This document shows positions 36,659-47,384 of a DNA stretch of 64,000 bases, in pieces. Numbering within the stretch: the stretch's first letter is position 1; every line of letters starts with the position of its first letter. The DNA is from an uncultured bacterium. GTDB taxonomy: Bacteria; Verrucomicrobiota; Verrucomicrobiia; Verrucomicrobiales; DEV007. Position numbers and translations under genes: made by a program. The notes under the pieces are model-generated. The model saw only the letters and a list, made by a program, of their open reading frames with translations, was not told where the DNA came from and searched no databases. The stretch spans positions 1-64,000 of the forward strand of contig CAXBMO010000028.1 of NCBI GenBank assembly GCA_963977015.1, in the 5' to 3' direction.

Positions 36659-38890
36659 CTAAACGCCCGCTTCGAATCCGAGAAGATGACCATGAAACTG
36701 CAGATTATAGAGTTTCTGGTAGGCCTCGCTCTTCTCCAGCAATTCCGCGTGCGAGCCTTTGTCGATAATCCGCCCCTGCTCCATCACCAAAATCTCGTCC
36801 GCATTGAGAATCGTGGAAAGCCGATGGGCGATCGCGACCACGGTTTTTCCCTGCGCCAATTCTTCCATCGCGGCGTGAATCTTCTTCTCACTCTCGGAAT
36901 CGAGGGCGGAATAGGCCTCGTCGAGAAGCAAGATCGGCGCATCGCGCAGAATCGCCCGGGCGATGGAAATCCGCTGCTGCTGGCCTCCCGACAACGTGCA
37001 CCCCTTGTCACCGACAATCGCGTTGTATCCGCCTTCCTTCTCCATGATGAACTCGTGGGCGTAGGCGCGTTTCGCGGCTTCGTAGACCTTCTCATCGCTC
37101 GCCTTGGGATCTCCGTAGCGAATGTTGTTCAGAATGGTGTCGTGGAACAAAAACAGCTCCTGATTCACAATGCCGATGTTGTCGCGAAGGCTTTGCTGCT
37201 TGATGTCACGAAGGTCGATGTTGTCGAGCTTGATGTGCCCCTCGATGGGATCATAAAAGCGCATGATCAACGAAAGCAGGGTCGACTTTCCGCTGCCACT
37301 TCGTCCTACGAGGGCGTAATTCTTCCCGGCTCGCAACTTCGTGCTGATTTGCCTCACCGCCATCTCGTCAGCGCCCTTGTACTTGAACTTCACGTTGAAG
37401 AACTGGATTTTGCCTTTCGCATCCTTCAATTCGACCGCGTCCGGCTTGTCGCGAATGTCCGACTCCAGATCAATCAGCGAAAAGACCTTCGTCGTCGCAA
37501 TCAGACACTTCTGAAGATTGACCTGCACCCGGCTCAACGCTTTGGCGTGGGGATACATGCTCATCAGCGCCATGTTCAGCAGCAGAAACTCCCCTGCGGT
37601 CATCCCGGTGATCTTGGCGTAAACCAAACCCGCCGCGATGCCGACACTCGCCACCGTCTCGACCAACGGCCCGACGATTTCCATCGCCTTGCGCCACCGC
37701 ATGATCAACGCCAGCATCCGGCGATCCGCCGCATTGAACTTCTCGCGCTCAAATTCCTCACGCGCGCTGCTCTTCACCACGCGAATGCCGCTGAAGGTCT
37801 CCTGCATCGTCACCATCAGCATGCCGGCTTCCTCTTCCTCCCGTCCACCAGCCTTGCGAACCCGTTTGCTCACCGCCATCACCGGCAGGATGCACAGGGG
37901 AAAGACCACCATCGACGCAAGCGTGTAAATCGGGTTAATCAGCAAGAGAAACAGCACGATCGAAAGGATCGAGATCGGATGCTTGATCAGGTCACTCGCC
38001 AGCTGCGTTCCGGCGGTTTGCGCCATGCGGGTCTGGTTGAAGCAGGTTTGCATCAGCTCCCCCGTCTTCGCCTTCCCGTAAAACGAGAGCGACTGGCTCA
38101 ACAAATTCGAGAACACCTGATCGCGAAGCTGATAGAGCACCTTGTTGCCGACCCACAGCATGCAGTACTGGTGCAAATACGTCCAAAGCCCGCGCAACAG
38201 GATCAAAAATGGAACGATCGCGCAAACGCCGGCGACCCAGATCCATTCATAGCCGGGCGGCAACTCCGGCGGCCTCACCACCACGTGTTCCATGCCCGGA
38301 ACCTTCTTAAACGGTTGAAATCCTTCTCCCTCCGGAATCGGCAACGCCTTGACCGAGGATTCGGTCAGCTTTTTGGCGCGGGCGATGGCCAGTTTCGCCT
38401 CTTCCTCCAGTTCGACGTTTCCGGCCTCAATCGCGCTTGCCTCGAGCTTTTTGGCGAGAAATTCAAGCCGCTGCGTGCTCCCCGTCAGCGTCAGGGTCTT
38501 TTCCGTCGCCGAAGCCACTTCAACGGAGGATTCCGAGAGAATGCGAGACTGCTCCGCCCACTTTTCCTCACCCAACTGATCCGCCAACACCCCGAGCTGA
38601 GCCGCTTCCTGAATCATCGCATGCGCGACCCCCTCGGCTCCCGCCGTGGGATCGGGATCCAAAATCACCGCAAAGACGAACTTCAACCCGAACAGGATGA
38701 TCATGTTGAAGAATCCGGCAACGATCCCGAAAAACACCCCCATCGCGAATCGCGACTTGTAGGGTTTCACGTAGGTTAAGAGCCGCTTGTAAGGGACCTT
38801 TGCCGACTCAAAAAACTCCAGGTTGGACATGGATGACACGTCCTTGTGGGAAAGCTTTTTTTGAGGCTGTTGGTGATTTTCCGAGGCCAT
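36659..38890 (-). CDS. MsbA-like ABC exporter (TMD+NBD)
   Basis: GRSGSGKST, LSGGQQQRISIARA, LLLDEA, IAHRLST. Confidence 0.9.
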   Translation of the reverse strand: MASENHQQPQKKLSHKDVSSMSNLEFFESAKVPYKRLLTYVKPYKSRFAMGVFFGIVAGFFNMIILFGLKFVFAVILDPDPTAGAEGVAHAMIQEAAQLGVLADQLGEEKWAEQSRILSESSVEVASATEKTLTLTGSTQRLEFLAKKLEASAIEAGNVELEEEAKLAIARAKKLTESSVKALPIPEGEGFQPFKKVPGMEHVVVRPPELPPGYEWIWVAGVCAIVPFLILLRGLWTYLHQYCMLWVGNKVLYQLRDQVFSNLLSQSLSFYGKAKTGELMQTCFNQTRMAQTAGTQLASDLIKHPISILSIVLFLLLINPIYTLASMVVFPLCILPVMAVSKRVRKAGGREEEEAGMLMVTMQETFSGIRVVKSSAREEFEREKFNAADRRMLALIMRWRKAMEIVGPLVETVASVGIAAGLVYAKITGMTAGEFLLLNMALMSMYPHAKALSRVQVNLQKCLIATTKVFSLIDLESDIRDKPDAVELKDAKGKIQFFNVKFKYKGADEMAVRQISTKLRAGKNYALVGRSGSGKSTLLSLIMRFYDPIEGHIKLDNIDLRDIKQQSLRDNIGIVNQELFLFHDTILNNIRYGDPKASDEKVYEAAKRAYAHEFIMEKEGGYNAIVGDKGCTLSGGQQQRISIARAILRDAPILLLDEAYSALDSESEKKIHAAMEELAQGKTVVAIAHRLSTILNADEILVMEQGRIIDKGSHAELLEKSEAYQKLYNLQFHGHLLGFEAGV

Positions 38891-39114
38891 TCCGAAAGGA
38901 ATCTTGATCGAGCCGCTCTGGGCGAGGGGCTCCGAGTCTATACGAGACGCCCGAAAGGGGCAAAATCTTTATGTCAGGAGATTTCGTAGTTCAAGGCGGG
39001 GATTTCAGGTTCCACCACCCACCGCAACGGGTCCAATCCCGTGCGGCGTTTGTAAGTGAACCCTTCGCCCTAATTTTGTAGAATGTAAGTATAAATCCTT
39101 AACCCCCTGTCAAA

Positions 39115-39609
39115 ATGGAAACTGAAACTGTAGTCTGGCACGCCAAACCCTCGAATTGGTGCAAATTCAGCACCTACGCCGTTTGTCTCCTCCTCGCAGG
39201 AGGCATCGTCTCCGCCGCGATCCTGCTCGTGGAACCCCTGATTTACGCTGGAATCGCCCTGCCACTGCTCATTGCGCTGAGCACCTTCATCGCCATCAAG
39301 AGCACCACCTACAAACTCACCGATCAGCGCTTCTTCGTTGACGAAGGCATCTTCACCCGCATCTCCGACGAGCTCGAACTGTACCGGATCAAAGACATCA
39401 CCGTGGTGCGCCCGTTTTTTCTCCGCCTGGTAGGACGCGGAAGCATCATTCTTCATACCAGCGACAAAACGCATCCTCGATTACGGATTCGCGGCGTTCG
39501 CGACATCGACCATGTCCGCGACCAAATCCGCAACCTCGTCGAAATGTGGCGCGAGCGAAAACACGTCCGCGAGATCGACCGTTCCGGGGATCTGGAAATC
39601 GCCGGGTAG
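39115..39609 (+). CDS. Bacterial PH-domain membrane protein
   Basis: TTYKLTDQR...GIFTRISDELELYRIKDI...GRGSIILHTSD. Confidence 0.85.
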   Translation: METETVVWHAKPSNWCKFSTYAVCLLLAGGIVSAAILLVEPLIYAGIALPLLIALSTFIAIKSTTYKLTDQRFFVDEGIFTRISDELELYRIKDITVVRPFFLRLVGRGSIILHTSDKTHPRLRIRGVRDIDHVRDQIRNLVEMWRERKHVREIDRSGDLEIAG

Positions 39610-39637
39610 TTCTTTGCCGTTGAAACCCGTGAAGCGA

Positions 39638-40882
39638 CTAAGTCGGCCCCAACCCCAATGCACGCCGCCGCACCAAGTCCAACGCCATGCGCGTGACCCG
39701 TTGCTTGAAGCTCAGGCGATCGCCGGAAAAGCGGTAGTGACGGACCCAGGTTTCGCCGCCTTTTGAGGCTTGGCCGACATAGACGGTGCCGACCGGCTTT
39801 TCTTCGGTGCCGCCGGTTGGCCCGGCGATTCCGGTGACGGAGACGGCGTGGTCGACGTTGCCGCGTTCGAGACAGCCTTCGGCCATGGCGCGGGCGACGG
39901 GTTCGCTGACGGCGCCGTGTTCGTCGAGCATGGACGCGGGAACGCCGAGCATTTCCATCTTGGCTTCGTTCGCATAGGTTACGTAACCCTGACGGAAGAC
40001 GCCGGACGAGCCGGAGACGTTGGTAACGGTATGGGCAATGAAGCCGCCGGTGCAGGATTCCGCGGTGGCGAGCCATTCGCCCTTTTCCGCGAGCAATTGA
40101 ACCACCGTTTCCTCCAGAGTCCGTCCATCGCAGTTGATGAGGTGTTCCCCAAACTCGTCGCGAACCAATTTCTCGGCACGGTCGAGGACGTCAGGTGTCG
40201 CGATGACGCGGATATCGACTTCGCCAAGTCGCGCACAGTAGCCAATCTCGACATCTTCGAGCTGGCGCAACGGCTCTTCGATCACCTCGGCGATGTGACT
40301 TTCGCCAACGCCGATGATTCGGAAATTGCGATAGGTCGGAACCTTGCCGGACACAGCCGCAACCATCTCGGCCAAACGCGGCTTCACGAGATTCTGAAAC
40401 ATGGGTTTCAGCTCACGCGGCGGCCCCGGCAACACGAAAATGTGGGGATTGCGGCCTTCGTGGGCCGGAAAGTAGAGACCGGGGGCCGTTCCGTTGGGAT
40501 TGTCGAGCACGATGGAGCCGATCGGGACCATGGCCTGGCGTTTGTTCGTCTCCGGCATTTCTCGGCCAAACCGACGAAAGATGCGCCGAATCTGATCGAC
40601 GATTTCTTCGTCGATCTCGAGGTCGAGCCCGAGCATCCCGGCAATGACTTCACGGGTGACGTCATCGCTCGTTGGTCCGAGGCCGCCGGTGACGAGGAGG
40701 ACATCGGCCCGCGGAAAGGCTTCCGCCAACATCTCGGCGATCGGGTCGCCATCCGGAATGCAGGTCTGCCGCTGAATCCGCAACCCCAACGGCAGCAATT
40801 CTTCCCCGAGGTAGGCGACGTGCGTGTTCACCACCTGACCAAGCAAAAGCTCGGTTCCCGTGTTGATAACTTCAATTCTCAC
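39638..40882 (-). CDS. cinA: CinA competence/damage-inducible protein
   Basis: GTELLLGQVVNT, GGLGPTSDD, NGTAPG, AESCTGG, TGIAGPTGG. Confidence 0.94.
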   Translation of the reverse strand: MRIEVINTGTELLLGQVVNTHVAYLGEELLPLGLRIQRQTCIPDGDPIAEMLAEAFPRADVLLVTGGLGPTSDDVTREVIAGMLGLDLEIDEEIVDQIRRIFRRFGREMPETNKRQAMVPIGSIVLDNPNGTAPGLYFPAHEGRNPHIFVLPGPPRELKPMFQNLVKPRLAEMVAAVSGKVPTYRNFRIIGVGESHIAEVIEEPLRQLEDVEIGYCARLGEVDIRVIATPDVLDRAEKLVRDEFGEHLINCDGRTLEETVVQLLAEKGEWLATAESCTGGFIAHTVTNVSGSSGVFRQGYVTYANEAKMEMLGVPASMLDEHGAVSEPVARAMAEGCLERGNVDHAVSVTGIAGPTGGTEEKPVGTVYVGQASKGGETWVRHYRFSGDRLSFKQRVTRMALDLVRRRALGLGPT

Positions 40883-40896
40883 AGAACCACCCTAGC

Positions 40897-41838
40897 CTAG
40901 CTCTTCACCGATGCCAGCTTTGCGCGCACCAGCTTCGATTGCGCGGCGTCGAGGACCTGCCAGCAGGCGAGGCCGTTGCCAACCAGCTCCCATTCATCGA
41001 ATTCCCAGACGACGGTCTTGTCGCGGGTGATTTCGAAAATCTGCGGGTTCCCCTCCCCTGCGTGGCAGTTGCCGACGATGAAGTTGCCGTTGGGAAGCTC
41101 CTGGAGACAGGTCGTCCATTGGAGTTCGATTTCGGTGCCGGGCACCTGCTTGGTGATGTCCCAAACGACTTCCCTGGCCGGCGTGACTTCGATGACGCTG
41201 TTGCCGCTTCCCGTTCCAATCAACGTGTTGCCGTTCTCCAGCCGGATCGCGCCGTAGACGCGGGTGTTGACCGGATACTCCCACACGATGTTGCCCTCCG
41301 GATCATACTCGGTGACGACGCCGGGATTCTCGGCGCAGGCGAGGTAGTTCCCGTTTGCCAACATCCGCATCAACCGGGTATTTTTACGTCCACCCTCCCC
41401 CAGAGGAATGGACTTGGTGAGTTCACCGGCCGGGTTGACGTGAATGATGCGCCCGACACCGCTCTCGACAATCACGGTCTCGCCGTTCGCGAGCCGGGCG
41501 AAGGCGTGCACATTCACCTTTTTCCCTTTGTTTCCGTTCGCGGTTTTGCAGTCGTATTCCCAGACGACTTCCTGGTTCAACGTGATCTCCTTGAGCGTCG
41601 TCCAGGTGTCGTGAAAGAGAATGTTTCCGTTCTCCAGCAAATGGACGTCGTGATGCCCGGCGTGGCCTTTGGCCGGACCTTCGGTATCGAATTTCCAGAG
41701 CACCTCACCATCCGCGTCACAAATCGCGAGGACGTTTTTTCCATACGAGGCACTGACAATGACGAGCCGATCTTCCTGCGCGGAGCCGAAGGCCGCGAGC
41801 GTCAAACTCAACAACGAAACGAGGCAAAATCTGGTCAT
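40897..41838 (-). CDS. Secreted beta-propeller protein (arylsulfotransferase/PQQ-like)
   Basis: Signal peptide; repeated LENGN...E....G.VVW units. Confidence 0.75.
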   Translation of the reverse strand: MTRFCLVSLLSLTLAAFGSAQEDRLVIVSASYGKNVLAICDADGEVLWKFDTEGPAKGHAGHHDVHLLENGNILFHDTWTTLKEITLNQEVVWEYDCKTANGNKGKKVNVHAFARLANGETVIVESGVGRIIHVNPAGELTKSIPLGEGGRKNTRLMRMLANGNYLACAENPGVVTEYDPEGNIVWEYPVNTRVYGAIRLENGNTLIGTGSGNSVIEVTPAREVVWDITKQVPGTEIELQWTTCLQELPNGNFIVGNCHAGEGNPQIFEITRDKTVVWEFDEWELVGNGLACWQVLDAAQSKLVRAKLASVKS

Positions 41839-41960
41839 GAAACGAGCCTAGAGAGCCGAAAAGCGGATTGCACGACTTTTCGGTGTCCGGCGACCACCGC
41901 GTCACCTTCGCATCAAAATCCTTGCTTGCCGATTCGAGCGAAGCCGCCTAAGCCTCAGTC

Positions 41961-43511
41961 ATGACCGCGTTTCGCCTCCTCCTTCCGTTCCTCCTGGTTG
42001 GCTCCTTGTTCGGGGGCCCGAATGAGGATTCGCAAACCGCCAATGGAAGCGTCTTTCACGACTTCAACGACAACGGAGTTCGCGATGCCGGCGAACCCGG
42101 AATTGGCGGCGTGCTGGTTTCGAATCAGATTGAGGTCGTCAAGACCGACTCTGACGGAAACTGGCAACTTCCGGTCCGGGAAGACTGCATTTTCTTCGTC
42201 AACAAACCCAGTGGTTGGATGACGCCGGTCGACTCCAGGATGCTTCCGCGCTTCTACTACAATCATAAGCCCAATGGTTCACCCAAGACGAAGTATGCCG
42301 GGGTGAAGCCAACCGGACCGCTGCCGCAATCGATCGACTTCCCGCTCACCAAACAAACTGAGCCGGGCTTGTTCAAGGCCGTCTTCCTGGCGGACCCGCA
42401 GTGTCGCGATCAAAAGGAGTTGGACTACCTGGCCCACGACGTTGTCGAGGAGCTGATTGGCACGGAAGGGCGGTTTGGCGTGACGCTCGGCGACATCCTC
42501 TTCGATGACCTGTCGTTGTATGATAACCACAACGCGTTGGTCGCTCTGATCGGCGTTCCCTGGTACAATGTGATTGGGAATCACGATCTGAATTTCGACG
42601 CGCCCAACGACACGCTCTCGGACGAAACCTTCGAACGCGTTTTCGGCCCCGCCTATTACGCCTATTCCTACGGCCCGGTGAATTTCATCGTTCTCGACAA
42701 TGTGAACTGGCGCGGACGGGAAAACGGCTATGACGGAAACCTCGGCGCGGATCAACTGACCTTCCTCAAAAACCTGATCCCGCAGTTGCCGGAAGACGAG
42801 ATGCTGGTTCTCCTCATGCATATCCCGCTCGGCTTGACCAAGGATCGCGAGGAACTGTTTCGTCTGATCGAACATCGTCCCTACACCTTGTCGCTCGCTG
42901 GACACACCCACTGGCAGGCGCATCAGTTTCTCGACGCGAACGATGGCTGGCGCGGCACGAGCCGGCATCAACATGTGATCGCAGTGACGGCTTCGGGAAG
43001 TTGGTGGGGCGGCGAACCCGACGAAAACGGAATCCCCCACACGATGATGCGCGATGGCGCGCCGAACGGGTATCTGCTGGTAACCTTCAATGGTCAGCAA
43101 GCCATCGTGGACTTCAAAGCGGCACGGCGCCCCGCCGACTACCAGATCCGGGTCGTTTCTCCGGAGCGAGTTTCCGCGGCGGACGCTCCCAAGCACGAAG
43201 TGTTTGCCAACGTCTTCAACGGATCGGAGAAATCGACCGTCCGGTTTCGCGTGGGGGCCGAAGGAACCTGGCTCGAAATGACGAAGACGGTCGAACCCTC
43301 GCCCGCTTTCCTCCGCCTGAAGGCCAACGAGGAGATCGTGGGTCCGGACAATCTCCAGGGCCGCCCGCTCGGCGGAGTCGTCAAGAGCGCGCATCTGTGG
43401 AAGGCCGCGTTGCCGAGCGATCTGAAACCGGGACTACACCGGATTTTCGTTCAATCCAACGACATGTACGGTCGGGTTTTGCACGCCAATCGCTCGATCC
43501 GGATCGAGTAG
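41961..43511 (+). CDS. Secreted calcineurin-like metallophosphoesterase
   Basis: ADPQ, LGDI, GNHD, GHTH motifs; DGAPNGY. Confidence 0.9.
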   Translation: MTAFRLLLPFLLVGSLFGGPNEDSQTANGSVFHDFNDNGVRDAGEPGIGGVLVSNQIEVVKTDSDGNWQLPVREDCIFFVNKPSGWMTPVDSRMLPRFYYNHKPNGSPKTKYAGVKPTGPLPQSIDFPLTKQTEPGLFKAVFLADPQCRDQKELDYLAHDVVEELIGTEGRFGVTLGDILFDDLSLYDNHNALVALIGVPWYNVIGNHDLNFDAPNDTLSDETFERVFGPAYYAYSYGPVNFIVLDNVNWRGRENGYDGNLGADQLTFLKNLIPQLPEDEMLVLLMHIPLGLTKDREELFRLIEHRPYTLSLAGHTHWQAHQFLDANDGWRGTSRHQHVIAVTASGSWWGGEPDENGIPHTMMRDGAPNGYLLVTFNGQQAIVDFKAARRPADYQIRVVSPERVSAADAPKHEVFANVFNGSEKSTVRFRVGAEGTWLEMTKTVEPSPAFLRLKANEEIVGPDNLQGRPLGGVVKSAHLWKAALPSDLKPGLHRIFVQSNDMYGRVLHANRSIRIE

Positions 43512-43625
43512 CTGCGATGCAACCATCGTCGGCCAGTCATTCCTGAAAGCTCACGACTCAGACGAGCCTTCGCCATGACGCCTCCAAACCGATCCGGGAT
43601 CGTCCCCGGATCGCCCGATTGCTGT

Positions 43626-43641
43626 TGGCACGCAATCTGCT
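43626..43641 (+). promoter_or_regulatory. Putative sigma54 -24/-12 promoter
   Basis: TGGCAC-GCAAT-CTGCT. Confidence 0.55.
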
Positions 43642-43644
43642 CCA

Positions 43645-45813
43645 ATGGCCCCTGTGTCGGACCCATCCCCATCCTCTGATTACAGCAACCTGGTCGATCC
43701 TTTTATCGGTTGCGAAGCCACCCAACTTCCTGCCCCGGAGGGAATTGCCGCCACCTGGTGGTGTGCCAAGCCTGCAATCGGAAACACCCACCCGGGAGCA
43801 ACCCTCCCCTTCGGCATGGTCTCGGCCTGCGCCTATTCCGGAGCTTATGTCACCGGGTATGGTCAGTATCCGGTTTCGCTCGATGGTGGACCGCCTCCCA
43901 AGTGGCTGGAACGGCATGAAGCGCGGGGGATCGCCCACTTTCAGCAAAGTGGCACCGGGCGCATCCGCATGTATTACAATTACCTGCTCACGACACCGCT
44001 CGTCGGCGAAGGCTTGGAGGGATTGGGTGACGCGTTTGGGCTCATCGAGGAGAAAGCGTCTCCGGGTTACTATGCGGGGAAGTTTGAGGAATCGGATGTC
44101 GCCTTTGAAATCACGGCCAGCGCGCGGGCCATCCATCATCACTACCAGTTTCCGGCCTCGAAAACGCCGAAAATCGCGATCGACATTTCGGCCGGCGGAC
44201 TGAGGATCGAAGGGATGGAGACAAGGCCTTCCCAGGCCAGCTTTGGCTTCGTCAGCCCGCAAGCCTGCCGAGGTTGGGCGACGATGGAGGGCGTCCCGAT
44301 TCACTTTTGTATCGAGGCCAAAACGCCGTTGGCCACCGGGGGAATTTGGGTGGACAACAAGATCCTGGAAGATTCGGAGTCCTGGTTCCTCAACGCGGAA
44401 GCGCGGGAGAAGGGAAGCCGGTTCGGAATCTGGTTTGAGGCGGAATCAGGTTCGGAAATCGAGTTTCGGATCGGATTCTCGCTGCAGAGTCTGGAACGCG
44501 CCGAAAACGCGCTGGCCGCCGTCCATCACGAAACCTTCCCGGAGTTGACGGACGACGCGTCCCGTTACTGGAATGATCGTCTCTCCAAAATCGAGGTTTC
44601 CGGCGGGACCGAGGACGAACGACAGATTTTCTACACCTCCTTTTACCACGCCATTCTCAAACCGGCGGATTTTCATGATGAAAATCCATTTACGAAACTG
44701 CCCGGACCTTTTTTCCTCGATCTTTCGACGCTGTGGGATCTCTACAAGACGCAGTTGCCCCTGGTAATGACGTTGTGGCCGGAATGGGGACGCGATTTTG
44801 TGGAGTTCCTTACCGAGGTTGAAGAGCGGGAAGGCGCGTTTCCGATCAGTTACCTGATGGATAACGTTCCGGAACGCTTCGCCAAACAGGCGACCGGGCT
44901 TTGTCACCTCATTCTCTACGATGCGCATCTTCGCGGCGTCGAAGGCGACTGGGACCGCGTTCTCAACGATCTCTGGCGCGCCAGCCGCAAAGGCAAGTTC
45001 CGCGAGTTCCGCAATAAACACGTGGTTCAGCCGCTTTCGCACTCGCTCGATCTCTCCACCGCCTATTTCAGCATGGCACAGCTCGCCAAGCAGCTGGGTG
45101 AGCAGCTGATCTACGACAAATCGATCGAGCGCGCGCCCTACTGGATCAACGCGTTTGATGATCGCACCGGCCTGCTCAAACCGGATTCGACCTATTACGA
45201 GGGCGAAAACTGGAACTACTCGTTCCGCTTTCTTCACGACATGGCGGGCCGAATCGAGATCGCGGGCGGCGAACGTTATTTTGTCGAGTTGCTCGACCTG
45301 TTTTTCGGCTTCTCCGAACCTCAGCCAGGCCAGCAGGTCCATCGCTTTGAGGGATTGAACAACGAGCCGGACATGGAAGCGCCGTATGCCTATATTTATG
45401 CGGGCCGGCACGATCGCACGGCTCGGGTCGTTCGCCGCGTCATGCGGAATCAATTTGCGACCGGGCGCGGCGGTTTGCCCGGCAACGAGGACTCCGGGGC
45501 GCTTTCATCCTGGTTTGTCTGGAACGCGGTCGGGATTTTTCCGGTGACCGGTCAACCCGTCATGCTGATCGGCAGTCCCTTGTTCGAACGCTCAGTGATT
45601 CATCTGCCAAACGACGCGGTTTTCGTGATCGAGGCGGAAGACCACACGCCGGAAAATGTCTACGTCGCCTCGGCAACCCTCAATGACGAGCCGCTGGATC
45701 GCGCGTGGCTCAGACTGAACGAATTTCAGGATGGAGGGGTTTTGAAGCTGGTGATGAGCGCGGAATCCTCCGGCTGGGCCTCACAAACCCGCCCGCCCTC
45801 CGTCACCACCTGA
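43645..45813 (+). CDS. GH92 alpha-mannosidase-family protein (no signal peptide)
   Basis: VDPFIG, GNTHPGATLPFGMV, YYEGENWNYSF, NNEPDMEAPY, GLPGNEDSGALSSWFVW. Confidence 0.92.
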   Translation: MAPVSDPSPSSDYSNLVDPFIGCEATQLPAPEGIAATWWCAKPAIGNTHPGATLPFGMVSACAYSGAYVTGYGQYPVSLDGGPPPKWLERHEARGIAHFQQSGTGRIRMYYNYLLTTPLVGEGLEGLGDAFGLIEEKASPGYYAGKFEESDVAFEITASARAIHHHYQFPASKTPKIAIDISAGGLRIEGMETRPSQASFGFVSPQACRGWATMEGVPIHFCIEAKTPLATGGIWVDNKILEDSESWFLNAEAREKGSRFGIWFEAESGSEIEFRIGFSLQSLERAENALAAVHHETFPELTDDASRYWNDRLSKIEVSGGTEDERQIFYTSFYHAILKPADFHDENPFTKLPGPFFLDLSTLWDLYKTQLPLVMTLWPEWGRDFVEFLTEVEEREGAFPISYLMDNVPERFAKQATGLCHLILYDAHLRGVEGDWDRVLNDLWRASRKGKFREFRNKHVVQPLSHSLDLSTAYFSMAQLAKQLGEQLIYDKSIERAPYWINAFDDRTGLLKPDSTYYEGENWNYSFRFLHDMAGRIEIAGGERYFVELLDLFFGFSEPQPGQQVHRFEGLNNEPDMEAPYAYIYAGRHDRTARVVRRVMRNQFATGRGGLPGNEDSGALSSWFVWNAVGIFPVTGQPVMLIGSPLFERSVIHLPNDAVFVIEAEDHTPENVYVASATLNDEPLDRAWLRLNEFQDGGVLKLVMSAESSGWASQTRPPSVTT

Positions 45814-45860
45814 AGCGTGACGAGAACGTTTCATTAACTTTTCCTTAATTTCTCCCATTG

Positions 45861-45876
45861 TGGCACATCATCTGCT
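45861..45876 (+). promoter_or_regulatory. Putative sigma54 -24/-12 promoter
   Basis: TGGCAC-ATCAT-CTGCT, 28 nt before ATG 45904. Confidence 0.6.
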
Positions 45877-45903
45877 CAAAACCGTTCCCACCCACATAAG
45901 ACC

Positions 45904-47253
45904 ATGAAAACCCTACCACGCCACCAGCCTGGAAAGAGACGTGACTTCGATCATCGCAGTCCGTCAAAAAACGAAGATGTCTCCAACCTCATCCTGGTCG
46001 TTCGAGCAGACCCCATTATCTGCGGCCATTCGACCGAGGCGCGAAATCTTGCCGAAGCCGCGATCGAAATGGGAATGAAGTCGGTTCACATCGTCAGTTA
46101 TCCCATCGAAACGCTTCAGGGCAGCGGTTTGCCGCTCAAACCGCTCGAAACCATCTCCCACTACTCGCAAGGAATTTCCGTGGATCGCCCGGAACCGATT
46201 GGCGACTACAAGATTCTCGACCAGCGACTCTCGCTCGGTATCGCCGGTCACCTCACCGACCTGCTCTATCAGCTCCCCGGCCGGACGATGCTGATGGATC
46301 TTTACCTCGTTCCGCATGGTCAAATGGTGATATCCGCAGTGTCCAGCTTTGAACACTCTGGCACGAATCCGTCAGTGTTCACGGTTGGAGAGGCGGTCGG
46401 CTCTGACATCACCAACGTGGTTTCGAACGCGATTCAAGCCGGAAAATTCGGTGCGGCCCAGATGGTGCTTTCCAATTATCTGGCCCACGATCTCCCCGTC
46501 GCCGTCAGCGCGTTTACCCGCGACATGATCGTGGAGGCGGGTCAGGAAGTCGACAACGCGCTACACACCACATTTGCGGAACAACTCCGCCGTCGCGTCC
46601 AAATCAGCTTTCCGGCCATCGACACGAAAGCCTACACCACGATCGAAAGTCGGTCCTCCGAGCAGGCCGAGATCCTTCGCCAACGCAATTTGACGCCGGA
46701 CGGCTATCTGATGTTCCTTTCGCGAATCGCCCCGGCAAAGGGCGTCGACGATTTGATCGAAGCCTACAAATCCAGCGAACTTTACGGGCGAAAACAGCTC
46801 GTCATCTGCGGAAACGGCCCTTCCAAAGCAGCCATCCAGGCCCTCGCGGCGACGGATTCCAACATCCGCGTTCTGGACGATGTGAGCGACGATGAGAAAG
46901 GATTCCTGATGCACGGCTGCTTCGCCTGGTGCCTCCCGAGCAAGCCTCAACCGGAATTTATCGAAACGTTCGGCATCGCCGTCGCGGAGAAGATGCTGGC
47001 GGGTGGTCTCGGCCCCGTCATCACGACCCGCACCGGCGGAATTCCTGAAGCCAGCGGGGGTTTTTGCCTCGAACACGAAGCCGGAAACGTCGGCGAACTC
47101 CGCAATTGCCTCAATCAGGCGGCTGCGATGTCTCCGACGGATCGCGAAAATCTCAATCGCGCCGCCCGCGACTTCGCTCTCACCTTCGACCGCCAACGGG
47201 TTCTCCAGAATTTGCTGGCCAAAACGAAGGTAATGGGTGGGTTGTTGGCCTGA
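45904..47253 (+). CDS. GT4-like glycosyltransferase
   Basis: FLSRIAPAKGVDDLI, ETFGIAVAE, TRTGGIPE. Confidence 0.88.
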   Translation: MKTLPRHQPGKRRDFDHRSPSKNEDVSNLILVVRADPIICGHSTEARNLAEAAIEMGMKSVHIVSYPIETLQGSGLPLKPLETISHYSQGISVDRPEPIGDYKILDQRLSLGIAGHLTDLLYQLPGRTMLMDLYLVPHGQMVISAVSSFEHSGTNPSVFTVGEAVGSDITNVVSNAIQAGKFGAAQMVLSNYLAHDLPVAVSAFTRDMIVEAGQEVDNALHTTFAEQLRRRVQISFPAIDTKAYTTIESRSSEQAEILRQRNLTPDGYLMFLSRIAPAKGVDDLIEAYKSSELYGRKQLVICGNGPSKAAIQALAATDSNIRVLDDVSDDEKGFLMHGCFAWCLPSKPQPEFIETFGIAVAEKMLAGGLGPVITTRTGGIPEASGGFCLEHEAGNVGELRNCLNQAAAMSPTDRENLNRAARDFALTFDRQRVLQNLLAKTKVMGGLLA

Positions 47254-47384
47254 TTCACCTGGCCGCCTCATCAACCTTGAGCCAAACCGGAATCCTCGCC
47301 ACCCGCCAAAACCAGTGATCGGGGCGCAAGCTGACGTGATTCCAAGTTGAAAGCACCCGGACACGTGCTTAAGAAGTGCGCATC

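Noticed and set aside
36686-38779. 697-aa plus-strand ORF
   Set aside because: Antisense shadow of the ABC exporter
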